Shown here piece by piece: positions 30,301 to 45,300 of a stretch of DNA of 45,562 bases. The first letter of the stretch is position 1, and each line of letters begins with the position of its first letter. The notes below the pieces were generated by a model. It had not been told where the DNA came from. It ran no database searches and saw only the letters and a program-made list of their open reading frames with translations. This DNA comes from Callorhinchus milii. Its lineage: Eukaryota. The stretch is from NCBI RefSeq assembly GCF_018977255.1, contig NW_024705427.1, forward strand, positions 1 through 45,562, read 5' to 3'. A program made the translations under genes and the position numbers.

Positions 30301-33300
30301 GTAATGGTGGTTGTGGTAGTGGTTGTAGTGGTAGTTGTAGTAGTTAGGTAATGGTGGTTGTGGTAGTGGTTGTAGTGGTAGTTATAGTAGTTAGGTAATG
30401 GTGGTTGTGGTAGTGGTTGTAGTGGTAGTTGTAGTAGTTAGGTAATGGTGGTTGTGGTTGTAGTGGTAGTTGTAGTAGTTAGGTAATGGTGGTGGTAGTT
30501 GTTGTAGTGGTAGTTATAATAGTTAGGTAATGGTGGTTGTGGTAGTTATAGTAGTTAGGTGATGTTGGTTGTGGTTGTGGTTGTAGTGGTAGTTATAGTA
30601 GTTAGGTAATAGTGGTTGTGGTAGTGGTTGTAGTGGTAGTTATAGTATTTATGAAATAGTGGTTGTAGTGGTAGTTATAGTACTTAGGTAATAGTGGTTG
30701 TAGTGGTAGTTTTAGTAGTTAGCTAATAGTGGTTGTGGTAGTGGTAGTTGTAGTAGTTAGGTAATGGTGGTTGTGGTTGTAGTGGTAGTTATAGTAGTTA
30801 GGTAATGTTGGTTGTAGTGGTAGTTATAGTAGTTAGGTAATGGTGGTGGTAGTGGTTGTAGTGGTAGTTATAGTAGTTAGGTAATGGTGGTTGTGGTAGT
30901 GGTTGTAGTGGTAGTTGTAGTAGTTAGGTAATGGTGGTTGTGGTAGTGGTTGTAGTGGTAGTTATAGTAGTTAGGTAATAGTGGTTGTGGTAGTGGTTAT
31001 AGTGGTAGTTATAGTAGTTAGGTAATAGTATTTGTAGTGGTAGTTATAGCAGTTAGGTAATAATGGTTGTGGTAGTGGTTGTAGTGGTAGTTGCAGTAGT
31101 TAGGTAATAGTGGTTGTAGTGGTAGTTATAGTAGCTAGGTAATAGTGGTTGTGGTTGTAGTGGTAGTTTTAGTAGTTAGGTAAGTGGTGGTTGTGGTAGT
31201 GGTTGTAGTGGTAGTTATAGTAGTTAGGTGATGGTGGTTGTGGTAGTGGTTGTAGTGGTAGTTATAGTAGTTAGGTAATGGTGGTTGTGGTAGTGGTTGT
31301 AGTGGTAGTTGTAGTTAGGTAATAGTGGTTGTAGTGGTAGTTATAGTAGTTAGGTAATAGTGGTTGTGGTAGTGGTTGTAGTGGTAGTTGTAGTAGTTAG
31401 GAAATAGTGGTTGTGGTATTGGTTATAGTAGTTAGGTAATAGTGGTTGTCGTGGTAGTTATAGTAGTTAGGTTATAGTGGTTGTGGTAGTGGTTGTAGTG
31501 GTAGTTTTAGTAGTTAGGTAAGTGGTTGTGGTAGTGGTTGTAGTGGTAGTTTTATTAGTTAGGTAATAGTGGTTGTGGTAGTGGTTGTAGTGGTAGTTAT
31601 AGTAGTTAGGTAATGGTGGTGGTAGTGGTTGTAATGGTAGTTATAGTAGTTAGGAAATGGTGGTTGTAGTGGTAGTTATAGTAGTTAGGTAATGGTGGTG
31701 GTAGTGGTTGTAGTGGTAGTTATAGTAGTTAGGTAATGGTGGTTGTGGTAGTGGTTGTAGTGGTAGTTGTAGTAGTTAGGTAATGGTGGTTGTGTTTGTA
31801 GTGGTAGTTATAGTAGTTAGGTAATGGTGGTTGTAGTGGTAGTTATAGTAGTTAGGTAATGGTGGTGGTAGTGGTTGTAGTGGTAGTTATAGTAGTTAGG
31901 TGATGGTGGTAGTGGTTGTAGTGGTAGTTATAGTAGTTAGGTAATGGTGGTTGTGGTAGTGGTTGTAGTGGTAGTTGTAGTAGTTAGGTAATGGTGGTTG
32001 TGGTAGTGGTTGTAGTGGTAGTTATAGTAGTTAGGTAATGGTGGTTGTGGTAGTGGTTGTAGTGGTAGTTGTAGTAGTTAGGTAATGGTGGTTGTGGTTG
32101 TAGTGGTAGTTATAGTAGTTAGGTAATGGTGGTGGTAGTTGTTGTAGTGGTAGTTATAATAGTTAGGTAATGGTGGTTGTGGTAGTTATAGTAGTTAGGT
32201 GATGTTGGTTGTGGTAGTGGTTGTAGTGGTAGTTATAGTAGTTAGGTAATAGTGGTTGTGGTAGTGGTAGTTATAGTATTTAGGAAATAGTGGTTGTAGT
32301 GGTAGTTATAGTAGCTAGGTAATAGTGGTTGTAGTGGTAGTTTTAGTAGTTAGCTAATAGTGGTTGTGGTAGTGGTAGTTGTAGTAGTTAGGTAATGGTG
32401 GTTGTGGTTGTAGTGGTAGTTATAGTTGTTAGGTAATGGTGGTTGTAGTGGTAGTTATAGTAGTTAGGTAATGGTGATGGTAGTGGTTGTAGTGGTAGTT
32501 ATAGTAGTTAGGTAATAGTGGTTGTGGTAGTGGTTATAGTGGTAGTTATAGTAGTTAGGTAATAGTATTTGTAGTGGTAGTTATAGCAGTTAGGTAATAA
32601 TGGTTGTGGTAGTGGTTGTAGTGGTAGTTGCAGTAGTTAGGTAATAGTGGTTGTAGTGGTAGTTATAGTAGTTAGGTAATAGTGGTTGTGGTAGTGGTTG
32701 TAGTGGTAGTTTTAGTAGTTAGGTAAGTGGTGGTTGTGGTAGTGGTTGTAGTGGTAGTTATAGTAGTTAGATAATGGTGGTTGTGGTAGTGGTTGTAGTG
32801 GTAGTTGTAGTTAGGTAATAGTGGTTGTAGTGGTAGTTATAGTAGTTAGGTAATAGTGGTTGTGGTAGTGGTTGTAGTGGTAGTTGTAGTAGTTAGGAAA
32901 TAGTGGTTGTGGTATTGGTTATAGTAGTTAGGTAATAGTGGTTGTCGTGGTAGTTATAGTAGTTAGGTAATAGTGGTTGTGGTAGTGGTTGTAGTGGTAG
33001 TTTTAGTAGTTAGGTAAGTGGTTGTGGTAGTGGTTGTAGTGGTAGTTTTATTAGTTAGGTAATGGTGCTTGTGGTAGTGGTTGTAGTGGTAGTTATAGTA
33101 GTTAGGTAATGGTGGTTGTGGTAGTGGTTGTAGTGGTAGTTGTAGTTAGGTAATGGTGGTTGTGGGAGTGGTTATAGTAGTTAGGTAATAGTGGTTGTGG
33201 TAGTGGTTGTAGTGGTAGTTTTATTAGTTAGGTAATAGTGCTTGTGGTAGTGGTTGTCGTGGTAGTTATAGTAGTTAGGTAATGGTGGTTGTAGTAATGG

Positions 33301-36300
33301 TTATAGTAGTAGTTATAGTAGTTAGGTAATGGTGGTTGTGGTAGTGGTTATAGTAGTTATGTAATAGTGGTTGTCGTGGTAGTTATATTAGTTAGGTAAT
33401 AGTGGTTGTGGTAGTGGTTGTAGTGGTAGTTATAGTAGTTAGGTAATAGTGGTTGTGGTAGTGGTTATAGTGGTAGTTATAGTAGTTAGGTAATGGTGGT
33501 GGTAGTTGTTGTAGTGGTAGTTATAATAGTTAGGTAATGGTGGTTGTGGTAGTTATAGTAGTTAGGTGATGTTGGTTGTGGTAGTGGTTGTAGTGGTAGT
33601 TATAGTAGTTAGGTAATAGTGGTTGTGGTAGTGGTTGTAGTGGTAGTTATAGTATTTAGGAAATAGTGGTTGTAGTGGTAGTTATAGTAGTTAGGTAATA
33701 GTGGTTGTAGTGGTAGTTTTAGTAGTTAGCTAATAGTGGTTGTGGTAGTGGTAGTTGTAGTAGTTAGGTAATGGTGGTTGTGGTTGTAGTGGTAGTTATA
33801 GTAGTTAGGTAATGGTGGTTGTAGTGGTAGTTATAGTAGTTAGGTAATGGTGGTGGTAGTGGTTGTAGTGGTAGTTATAGTAGTTAGGTAATGGTGGTTG
33901 TGGTAGTGGTTGTAGTGGTAGTTATAGTAGTTAGGTAATGGTGGTTGTGGTAGTGGTTGTAGTGGTAGTTGTAGTTAGGTAATAGTGGTTGTAGTGGTAG
34001 TTATAGTAGTTAGGTAATAGTGGTTGTGGTAGTGGTTGTAGTGGTAGTTGTAGTAGTTAGGAAATAGTGGTTGTGGTATTGGTTATAGTAGTTAGGTTAT
34101 AGTGGTTGTCGTGGTAGTTATAGTAGTTAGGTAATAGTGGTTGTGGTAGTGGTTGTAGTGGTAGTTTTAGTAGTTAGGTAAGTGGTTGTGGTAGTGGTTG
34201 TAGTGGTAGTTTTATTAGTTAGGTAATAGTGGTTGTGGTAGTGGTTGTAATGGTAGTTATAGTAGTTAGGTAATGGTGGTTGTGGTAGTGGTTGTAGTGG
34301 TAGTTGTAGTTAGGTAATGGTGGTTGTGGTAGTGGTTATAGTAGTTAGGTAATAGTGGTTGTCGTGGTAGTTATAGTAGTTAGGTAATGGTGGTTGTGGT
34401 AATGGTTATAGTAGTAGTTATAGTAGTTAGGTAATGGTGGTTGTGGTAGTAGTTATAGTAGTTAGGTAATAGTGGTTGTAGTGGTAGTTATAGTAGTTAG
34501 GTAATAGTGGTTGTGGTAGTGGTTGTAGTGGTAGTTATAGTAGTTAGGTAATGGTGGTTGTGGTAGTGGTTGTAGTGGTAGTTGTAGTTAGGTAATGGTG
34601 GTTGTGGTAGTGGTTATAGTAGTTAGGTAATAGTGGTTGTTGTGGTAGTTATAGTAGTTAGGTAATGGTGGTTGTGGTAGTGGTTATAGTAGTAGTTATA
34701 GTAGTTAGGTAATGGTGGTTGTGGTAGTGGTTATAGTAGTTATGTAATAGTGGTTGTCGTGGTAGTTATAGTAGTTAGGTAATAGTGGTTGTGGTAATGG
34801 TTTAGTAGTGGTAGTTGTAGTAGTTAGGTAATGGTGGTTGTGTTTGTAGTGGTAGTTATAGTAGTTAGGTAATGGTGGTTGTAGTGGTAGTTATAGTAGT
34901 TAGGTAATGGTGGTGGTAGTGGTTGTAGTGGTAGTTATAGTAGTTAGGTAATGGTGGTTGTAGTGGTAGTTATAGTAGTTAGGTAATGGTGGTGGTAGTG
35001 GTTGTAGTGGTAGTTATAGTAGTTAGGTAATAGTGGTTGTAGTGGTAGTTATATTAGTTAGGTAATAGTGGTTGTGGTAGTGGTTGTAGTGGTAGTTATA
35101 GTAGTTAGGTAATAGTGGTTGTGGTAGTGGTTGTAGTGGTAGTTATAGTAGTTAGGTAATAGTGGTTGTGGTAGTGGTTGTAGTGGTAGTTATAGTAGTT
35201 AGGTAATAGTGGTTGTAGTGGTAGTTATAGTAGTTAGGTAATGGTGGTTGTGGTAGTGGTTGTAGTGGTAGTTATAGTAGTTAGGTAATGGTGGTAGTGG
35301 TTGTAGTGGTAGTTATAGTAGTTAGGTAATAGTGGTTGTGGTAGTGGTTGTAGTGGTAGTTATAGTAGTTAGGTAATGGTGGTTGTGGTAGTGGTTGTAG
35401 TGGTAGTTATAGTAGTTAGGTGATGGTGGATGTGGTTGTAGTGGTAGTTATAGTAGTTAGGTAATGGTGGTTGTGGTAGTGGTTGTAGTGGTAGTTATAG
35501 TAGTTAGGTAATGGTGGTAGTGGTTGTAGTGGTAGTTATAGTAGTTAGGTAATGGTGGTTGTGGTAGTGGTTGTAGTGGTAGTTATAGTAGTTAGGTAAT
35601 TGTGGTAGTGGTTGTAGTGGTAGTTATAGTAGTTAGGTAATAGTGGTTGTGGTAGTGGTTGTAGTGGTAGTTGTAGTAGTTAGGTAATAGTGGTTGTGGT
35701 AGTGGTTATAGTAGTTAGGTAATAGTGGTTGTGGTTGTAGTGGTAGTTATAGTAGTTAGGTAATAGTGGTTGTGGTAGTGGTTGTAGTGGTAGTTTAGTA
35801 GTTAGGTAATGGTGGTTGTGGTAGTGGTTGTAGTGGTGTGGTAGTGGTTGTAGTGGTAGTTATAGTAGTTAGGTAATAGTGGTTGTGGTAGTGGTTGTAG
35901 TGGTAGTTTAGTAGTTAGGTAATGGTGGTTGTGGTAGTGGTTGTAGTGGTAGTTGTAGTAGTTAGGTAATGGTGGTTGTGGGAGTGGTTATAGTAGTTAG
36001 GTAATAGTGGTTGTGGTAGTGGTTGTAGTGGTAGTTTAGTAGTTAGGTAATAGTGGTTGTAGTGGTAGTTATAGTAGTTAGGTAATAGTGGTTGTGGTAG
36101 TGGTTGTAGTGGTAGTTATAGTAGTTAGGTAATAGTGGTTGTAGTGGTAGTTATATTAGTTAGGTAATAGTGGTTGTGGTAGTGGTTGTAGTGGTAGTTA
36201 TAGTAGTTAGGTAATAGTGGTTGTGGTAGTGGTTATAGTGGTAGTTATAGTAGTTAGGTAATGGTGGTGGTAGTTGTTGTAGTGGTAGTTATAATAGTTA

Positions 36301-39300
36301 GGTAATGGTGGTTGTGGTAGTTATAGTAGTTAGGTGATGTTGGTTGTGGTAGTGGTTGTAGTGGTAGTTATAGTAGTTAGGTAATAGTGGTTGTGGTAGT
36401 GGTTGTAGTGGTAGTTATAGTATTTAGGAAATAGTGGTTGTAGTGGTAGTTATAGTAGTTAGGTAATAGTGGTTGTAGTGGTAGTTTTAGTAGTTAGCTA
36501 ATAGTGGTTGTGGTAGTGGTAGTTGTAGTAGTTAGGTAATGGTGGTTGTGGTTGTAGTGGTAGTTATAGTAGTTAGGTAATGGTGGTTGTAGTGGTAGTT
36601 ATAGTAGTTAGGTAATGGTGGTGGTAGTGGTTGTAGTGGTAGTTATAGTAGTTAGGTAATGGTGGTTGTGGTAGTGGTTGTAGTGGTAGTTATAGTAGTT
36701 AGGTAATGGTGGTTGTGGTAGTGGTTGTAGTGGTAGTTAGTAGTTAGGTAATAGTGGTTGTAGTGGTAGTTATAGTAGTTAGGTAATAGTGGTTGTGGTA
36801 GTGGTTGTAGTGGTAGTTTAGTAGTTAGGTAATAGTGGTTGTGTGGTAGTTATAGTAGTTAGGTTATAGTGGTTGTGTAGTGGTAGTTATAGTAGTTAGG
36901 TAATAGTGGTTGTGGTAGTGGTTGTAGTGGTAGTTTTAGTAGTTAGGTAAGTGGTTGTTGTGGTAGTGGTTGTAGTGGTAGTTTTATTAGTTAGGTAATA
37001 GTGGTTGTGGTAGTGGTTGTAGTGGTAGTTATAGTAGTTAGGTAATGGTGGTTGTGGTAGTGGTTGTAGTGGTAGTTGTAGTTAGGTAATGGTGGTTGTG
37101 GTAGTGGTTATAGTAGTTAGGTAATAGTGGTTGTCGTGGTAGTTATAGTAGTTAGGTAATGGTGGTTGTGGTAATGGTTATAGTAGTAGTTATAGTAGTT
37201 AGGTAATGGTGGTTGTGGTAGTAGTTATAGTAGTTAGGTAATAGTGGTTGTAGTGGTAGTTATAGTAGTTAGGTAATAGTGGTTGTGGTAGTGGTTGTAG
37301 TGGTAGTTATAGTAGTTAGGTAATGGTGGTTGTGGTAGTGGTTGTAGTGGTAGTTGTAGTTAGGTAATGGTGGTTGTGGTAATGGTTATAGTAGTTAGGT
37401 AATAGTGGTTATCGTGGTAGTTATAGTAGTTAGGTAATGGTGGTTGTGGTAATGGTTATAGTAGTAGTTATAGTAGTTAGGTAATGGTGGTTGTGGTAGT
37501 GGTTATAGTAGTTATGTAATAGTGGTTGTAGTGGTAGTTATAGTAGTTAGGTAATAGTGGTTGTGGTAATGGTTATAGTGGTAGTTGTAGTAGTTAGGTA
37601 ATGGTGGTTGTGTTTGTAGTGGTAGTTATAGTAGTTAGGTAATGGTGGTTGTAGTGGTAGTTATAGTAGTTAGGTAATGGTGGTGGTAGTGGTTGTAATG
37701 GTAGTTATAGTAGTTAGGTAATGGTGGTTGTAGTGGTAGTTATAGTAGTTAGGTATGGTGGTGGTAGTGGTTGTAGTGGTAGTTATAGTAGTTAGGTAAT
37801 AGTGGTTGTGGTAGTGGTTGTAGTGGTAGTTATAGTAGTTAGGTAATAGTGGTTGTGGTAGTGGTTGTAGTGGTAGTTATAGTAGTTAGGTAATAGTGGT
37901 TGTGGTAGTGGTTATAGTGGTAGTTATAGTAGTTAGGTAATAGTGGTTGTGGTAGTGGTTGTAGTGGTAGTTGTAGTTGGTAATAGTGGTTGTAGTGGTA
38001 GTTATAGTAGTTAGGTAATGTGGTTGTGGTAGGTTATAGTAGGTTATAGTAGTAGGTAATGGTGGTTGTGGTAGTGGTTGTAGTGGTAGTTATAGTAGTT
38101 AGGTAATGGTGGTTGTGGTAGTGGTTGTAGTGGTAGTTATAGTAGTTAGGTAATGGTGGTTGTGGTTGTAGTGGTAGTTATAGTAGTTAGGTAATGGTGG
38201 TTGTGGTAGTGGTTGTAGTGGTAGTTATAGTAGTTAGGTATGGTGGTAGTGGTTGTAGTGGTAGTTATAGTAGTTAGGTAATGGTGGTTGTGGTAGTGGT
38301 TGTAGTGGTAGTTATAGTAGTTAGGTAATGGTGGTAGTGGTTGTAGTGGTAGTTATAGTAGTTAGGTAATGGTGGTTGTGGTAGTGGTTGTAGTGGTAGT
38401 TATAGTAGTTAGGTGATGGTGGTGTGGTTGTAGTGGTAGTTATAGTAGTTAGGTAATGGTGGTTGTGGTAGTGGTTGTAGTGGTAGTTGTAGTAGTTAGG
38501 TAATAGGTGGTGTGGTAGTGGTGTTAGTAGTTAGGTAATAGTGGTTGTAGTGGTAGTTATAGTAGTTAGGTAATAGTGGGTGTGGTAGTGGTTGTAGTGG
38601 TAGTTTAGTAGTTAGGTAATAGTGGTTGTGGTAGTGGTTGTAGTGGTAGTTGTAGTAGTTAGGTAATGGTGGTTGTGGTAGTGGTTGTAGTGGTAGTTGT
38701 AGTAGTTAGGTAAGTGGTTGTGGTTGTAGTGGTAGTTATAGTAGTTAGGTAATAGTGGTTGTGGTAGTGGTTGTAGTGGTAGTTGTAGTTAGGTAATAGT
38801 GGTTGTAGTGGTAGTTATAGTAGTTAGGTAATGGTGGTTGTGGTAGTGGTTGTAGTGGTAGTTGTAGTAGTTAGGTAATGGTGGTTGTGGTAGTGGTTGT
38901 AGTGGTAGTTGTAGTTAGGTAATAGTGGTTGTAGTGGTAGTTATAGTAGTTAGGTAATAGTGGTTGTGGTAGTGGTTGTAGTGGTAGTTGAGTAGTTAGG
39001 TAATAGTGGTTGTAGTGGTAGTTATATTAGTTAGGTAATAGTGGTTGTGGTAGTGGTTGTAGTGGTAGTTATAGTAGTTAGGTAATAGTGGTTGTGGTAG
39101 TGGTTATAGTGGTAGTTATAGTAGTTAGGTAATGGTGGTGGTAGTGTTGTAGTGGTAGTTATATAGTTAGGTAATGGTGGTTGTGGTAGTTATAGTAGTT
39201 AGGTGATGTTGGTTGTGGTAGTGGTTGTAGTGGTAGTTATAGTAGTTAGGTAATAGTGGTTGTGGTAGTGGTTGTAGTGGTAGTTATAGTATTTAGGAAA

Positions 39301-42300
39301 TAGTGGTTGTAGTGGTAGTTATAGTAGTTAGGTAATAGTGGTTGTAGTGGTAGTTTTAGTAGTTAGTAATAGTGGTTGTGGTAGTGGTAGTTGTAGTAGT
39401 TAGGTAATGGTGGTTGTGGTTGTAGTGGTAGTTATAGTAGTTAGGTAATGGTGGTTGTAGTGGTAGTTATAGTAGTTAGGTAATGGTGGTGGTAGTGGTT
39501 GTAGTGGTAGTTATAGTAGTTAGGTAATGGTGGTTGTGGTAGTGGTTGTAGTGGTAGTTATAGTAGTTAGGTAATAGTGGTTGTGGTAGTGGTTATAGTG
39601 GTAGTTATAGTAGTTAGGTAATAGTATTTGTAGTGGTAGTTATAGCAGTTAGGTAATAGTGGTTGTGGTAGTGGTTGTAGTGGTATTTGCAGTAGTTAGG
39701 TAATAGTGGTTGTAGTGGTAGTTATAGTAGTTAGGTAATAGTGGTTGTGGTAGTGGTTGTAGTGGTAGTTTTAGTAGTTAGGTAAGTGGTGGTTGTGGTA
39801 GTGGTTGTAGTGGTAGTTATAGTAGTTAGGTAATGGTGGTTGTGGTAGTGGTTGTAGTGGTAGTTGTAGTTAGGTAATAGTGGTTGTAGTGGTAGTTATA
39901 GTAGTTAGGTATAGTGGTTGTGGTAGTGGTTGTAGTGGTAGTTGTAGTAGTTAGGTAATGGTGGTTGTGTTTGTAGTGGTAGTTATAGTAGTTAGGTAAT
40001 GGTGGTTGTAGTGGTAGTTATAGTAGTTAGGTAATGGTGGTGGTAGTGGTTGTATGGTAGTTATAGTAGTTAGGTAATGGTGGTTGTGGTAGTTATAGTA
40101 GTTAGGTAATGGTGGTGGTAGTGGTTGTAGTGGTAGTTATAGTAGTTAGGTAATGGTGGTTGTGGTAGTGGTTGTAGTGGTAGTTGTAGTAGTTAGGTAA
40201 TGGTGGTAGTGGTAGTGGTTGTAGTGGTAGTTATAGTAGTTAGGTAATAGTGGTTGTGGTTATAGTGGTAGTTATAGTAGTTAGGTAATAGTAGTTCAAG
40301 TGGTAGTTATATTAGTTAGGTAATAGTGGTTGTGGTAGTGGTTGTAGTGGTAGTTGCAGTAGTTAGGTAATAGTGGTTGTAGTGGTAGTTATAGTAGTTA
40401 GGTAATGGTGGTTGTGGTAGTGGTTGTAGTGGTAGTTATAGTAGTTAGGTAATGGTGGTTGTGGTAGTGGTTGTAGTGGTAGTTGTAGTAGTTAGGAAGT
40501 GGTGGTTGTGGTAGTGGTTGTAGTGGTAGTTATAGTAGTTAGGTAATGGTGGTTGTGGTAGTGGTTGTAGTGGTAGTTATAGTAGTTAGGTAATGGTGGT
40601 TGTGGTAGTGGTTGTAGTGGTAGTTGTAGTTAGGTAATAGTGGTTGTGGTAGTGGTTGTAGTGGTAGTTGTAGTAGTTAGGTTAGTGGTTGTGGTATTGG
40701 TTATAGTAGTTAGGTTATAGTGGTTGTCGTGGTAGTTATAGTAGTTAGGTAATAGTGGTTGTGGTAGTGGTTGTAGTGGTAGTTTTAGTAGTTAGGTAAG
40801 TGGTTGTGGTAGTGGTTGTAGTGGTAGTTTTATTAGTTAGGTAATAGTGGTTGTGGTAGTGGTTGTAATGGTAGTTATAGTAGTTAGGTAATGGTGGTTG
40901 TGGTAGTGGTTGTAGTGGTAGTTGTAGTTAGGTAATGGTGGTTGTGGTAGTGGTTATAGTAGTTAGGTAATAGTGGTTGTCGTGGTAGTTATAGTAGTTA
41001 GGTAATGGTGGTTGTGGTAATGGTTATAGTAGTAGTTATAGTAGTTAGGTAATGGTGGTTGTGGTAGTAGTTATAGTAGTTAGGTAATAGTGGTTGTAGT
41101 GGTAGTTATAGTAGTTAGGTAATAGTGGTTGTGGTAGTGGTTGTAGTGGTAGTTATAGTAGTTAGGTAATGGTGGTTGTGGTAGTGGTTGTAGTGGTAGT
41201 TGTAGTTAGGTAATGGTGGTTGTGGTAATGGTTATAGTAGTTAGGTAATAGTGGTTATCGGGGTAGTTATAGTAGTTAGGTAATGGTGGTTGTGGTAATG
41301 GTTGTAGTAGTAGTTATAGTAGTTAGGTAATGGTGGTTGTGGTAGTGGTTATAGTAGTTATGTAATAGTGGTTGTAGTGGTAGTTATAGTAGTTAGGTAA
41401 TAGTGGTTGTGGTATGGTTATAGTGGTAGTTGTAGTAGTTAGGTAATGGTGGTTGTGTTTGTAGTGGTAGTTATAGTAGTTAGGTAATGGTGGTTGTAGT
41501 GGTAGTTATAGTAGTTAGGTAATGGTGGTGGTAGTGGTTGTAATTGTAGTTATAGTAGTTAGGTAATGGTGGTTGTAGTGGTAGTTATAGTAGTTAGGTA
41601 ATGGTGGTGGTAGTGGTTGTAGTGGTAGTTATAGTAGTTAGGTAATAGTGGTTGTAGTGGTAGTTATATTAGTTAGGTAATAGTGGTTGTGGTAGTGGTT
41701 GTAGTGGTAGTTATAGTAGTTAGGTAATAGTGGTTGTGGTAGTGGTTATAGTGGTAGTTATAGTAGTTAGGTAATAGTGGTTGTGGTAGTGGTTGTAGTG
41801 GTAGTTAGTAGTTAGGTAATAGTGGTTGTAGTGGTAGTTATAGTAGTTAGGTAATGGTGGTTGTGGTAATGGTTATTGTAGTAGTTATAGTAGTTAGTAA
41901 TGGTGGTTGTGGTAGTGGTTATAGTAGTTATGTAATAGGGGTTGTCGTGGTAGTTATAGTAGTTAGGTAATAGTGGTTGTGGTAATGGTTATAGTGGTAG
42001 TTGTAGTAGTTAGGTAATGGTGGTTGTGTTTGTGGTGGTAGTTATAGTAGTTAGGTAATGGTGGTTGTAGTGGTAGTTATAGTAGTTAGGTAATGGTGGT
42101 GGTAGTGGTTGTAATGGTAGTTATAGTAGTTAGGTAATGGTGGTTGTAGTGGTAGTTATAGTAGTTAGGTAATGGTGGTGGTAGTGGTTGTAGTGGTAGT
42201 TATAGTAGTTAGGTAATAGTGGTTGTAGTGGTAGTTATATTAGTTAGGTAATAGTGGTTGTGGTAGTGGTTGTAGTGGTAGTTATAGTAGTTAGGTAATA

Positions 42301-45300
42301 GTGGTTGTGGTAGTGGTTATAGTGGTAGTTATAGTAGTTAGGTAATTGTGGTTGTGGTAGTGGTTGTAGTGGTAGTTGCAGTAGTTAGGTAATAGTGGTT
42401 GTAGTGGTAGTTATAGTAGTTAGGTAATGGTGGTTGTGGTAGTGGTTGTAGTGGTAGTTATAGTAGTTAGGTAAAGGTGGTAGTGGTTGTAGTGGTAGTT
42501 ATAGTAGTTAGGTGTGGTGGTTGTGGTTGTAGTGGTAGTTATAGTAGTTAGGTAATGGTGGTTGTGGTAGTGGTTGTAGTGGTAGTTATAGTAGTTAGGT
42601 GATGGTGGTTGTGGTTGTAGTGGTAGTTATAGTAGTTAGGTAATGGTGGTTGTGGTAGTGGTTGTAGTGGTAGTTATAGTAGTTAGGTAAAGGTGGTAGT
42701 GGTTGTAGTGGTTGTTATAGTAGTTAGGTAATGGTGGTTGTGGTAGTGGTTGTAGTGGTAGTTATAGTAGTTAGGTGATGGTGGTTGTGGTTGTAGTGGT
42801 AGTTATAGTAGTTAGGTAATAGTGGTTGTGGTAGTGGTTGTAGTGGTAGTTGTAGTAGTTAGGTAATAGTGGTTGTGGTAGTGGTTATAGTAGTTATGTA
42901 ATAGTGGTTGTCGTGGTAGTTATAGTAGTTAGGTAATAGTGGTTGTGGTAGTGGTTGTAGTGGTAGTTTTAGTAGTTAGGTAATAGTGGTTGTGGTAGTG
43001 GTTGTAGTGGTAGTTGTAGTAGTTAGGTAATGGTGGTTGTGGTAGTGGTTGTAGTGGTAGTTGTAGTAGTTAGGTAAGTGGTTGTGGTAGTGGTTGTAGT
43101 GGTAGTTATAGTAGTTAGGTAATAGTGGTTGTGGTAGTGGTTGTAGTGGTAGTTGTAGTTAGGTAATAGTGGTTGTAGTGGTAGTTATAGTAGTTAGGTA
43201 ATGGTGGTTGTGGTAGTGGTTGTAGTGGTAGTTGTAGTAGTTAGGTAATGGTGGTTGTGGTAGTGGTTGTAGTGGTAGTTGTAGTTAGGTAATAGTGGTT
43301 GTAGTGGTAGTTATAGTAGTTAGGTAATAGTGGTTGTGGTAGTGGTTGTAGTGGTAGTTGCAGTAGTTAGGTAATAGTGGTTGTAGTGGTAGTTATATTA
43401 GTTAGGTAATAGTGGTTGTGGTAGTGGTTGTAGTGGTAGTTATAGTAGTTAGGTAATAGTGGTTGTGGTAGTGGTTATAGTGGTAGTTATAGTAGTTAGG
43501 TAATGGTGGTGGTAGTTGTTGTAGTGGTAGTTATAATAGTTAGGTAATGGTGGTTGTGGTAGTTATAGTAGTTAGGTGATGTTGGTTGTGGTAGTGGTTG
43601 TAGTGGTAGTTATAGTAGTTAGGTAATAGTGGTTGTGGTAGTGGTTGTAGTGGTAGTTATAGTATTTAGGAAATAGTGGTTGTAGTGGTAGTTATAGTAG
43701 TTAGGTAATAGTGGTTGTAGTGGTAGTTTTAGTAGTTAGCTAATAGTGGTTGTGGTAGTGGTAGTTGTAGTAGTTAGGTAATGGTGGTTGTGGTTGTAGT
43801 GGTAGTTATAGTAGTTAGGTAATGGTGGTTGTAGTGGTAGTTATAGTAGTTAGGTAATGGTGGTGGTAGTGGTTGTAGTGGTAGTTATAGTAGTTAGGTA
43901 ATGGTGGTTGTGGTAGTGGTTGTAGTGGTAGTTATAGTAGTTAGGTAATAGTGGTTGTGGTAGTGGTTATAGTGGTAGTTATAGTAGTTAGGTAATAGTA
44001 TTTGTAGTGGTAGTTATAGCAGTTAGGTAATAATGGTTGTGGTAGTGGTTGTAGTGGTATTTGCAGTAGTTAGGTAATAGTGGTTGTAGTGGTAGTTATA
44101 GTAGTTAGGTAATAGTGGTTGTGGTAGTGGTTGTAGTGGTAGTTTTAGTAGTTAGGTAAGTGGTGGTTGTGGTAGTGGTTGTAGTGGTAGTTATAGTAGT
44201 TAGGTAATGGTGGTTGTGGTAGTGGTTGTAGTGGTAGTTGTAGTTAGGTAATAGTGGTTGTAGTGGTAGTTATAGTAGTTAGGTATAGTGGTTGTGGTAG
44301 TGGTTGTAGTGGTAGTTGTAGTAGTTAGGTAATGGTGGTTGTGGTTTGTAGTGGTAGTTATAGTAGTTAGGTAATGGTGGTTGTAGTGGTAGTTATAGTA
44401 GTTAGGTAATGGTGGTGGTAGTGGTTGTATGGTAGTTATAGTAGTTAGGTAATGGTGGTTGTAGTGGTAGTTATAGTAGTTAGGTAATGGTGGTGGTAGT
44501 GGTTGTAGTGGTAGTTATAGTAGTTAGGTAATGGTGGTTGTGGTAGTGGTTGTAGTGGTAGTGTAGTAGTTAGGTAATGGTGGTAGTGGTAGTGGTTGTA
44601 GTGGTAGTTATAGTAGTTAGGTAATAGTGGTTGTGGTTATAGTGGTAGTTATAGTAGTTAGGTAATAGTAGTTCAAGTGGTAGTTATAGTAGTTAGGTAA
44701 TAGTGGTTGTGGTAGTGGTTGTAGTGGTAGTTGCAGTAGTTAGGTAATAGTGGTTGTAGTGGTAGTTATAGTAGTTAGGTAATGGTGGTTGTGGTAGTGG
44801 TTGTAGTGGTAGTTATAGTAGTTAGGTAATGGTGGTTGTGGTAGTAGTTAGGTAGTGGTAGTTGTGGTAGTGGTTGTAGTGGTAGTTGTAGTAGTTAGGT
44901 AATGGTGGTTGTGGTAGTGGTTGTAGTGGTAGTTATAGTAGTTAGGTAATGGTGGTTGTGGTAGTGGTTGTAGTGGTAGTTGTAGTTAGGTAATAGTGGT
45001 TGTGGTAGTGGTTGTAGTGGTAGTTGTAGTAGTTAGGAAGTGGTTGTGGTATTGGTTATAGTAGTTAGGTTAAGTGGTTGTCGGGGTAGTTATAGTAGTT
45101 AGGTAATAGTGGTTGTGGTAGTGGTTGTAGTGGTAGTTTTAGTAGTTAGGTAAGTGGTTGTGGTAGGGGTTGTAGTGGTAGTTTTATAGTTAGGTAATAG
45201 TGGTTGTGGTAGTGGTTGTATGGTAGTTATAGTAGTTAGGTAATGGTGGTTGTGGTAGTGGTTGTAGTGGTAGTTGTAGTTAGGTAATGGTGGTTGTGGT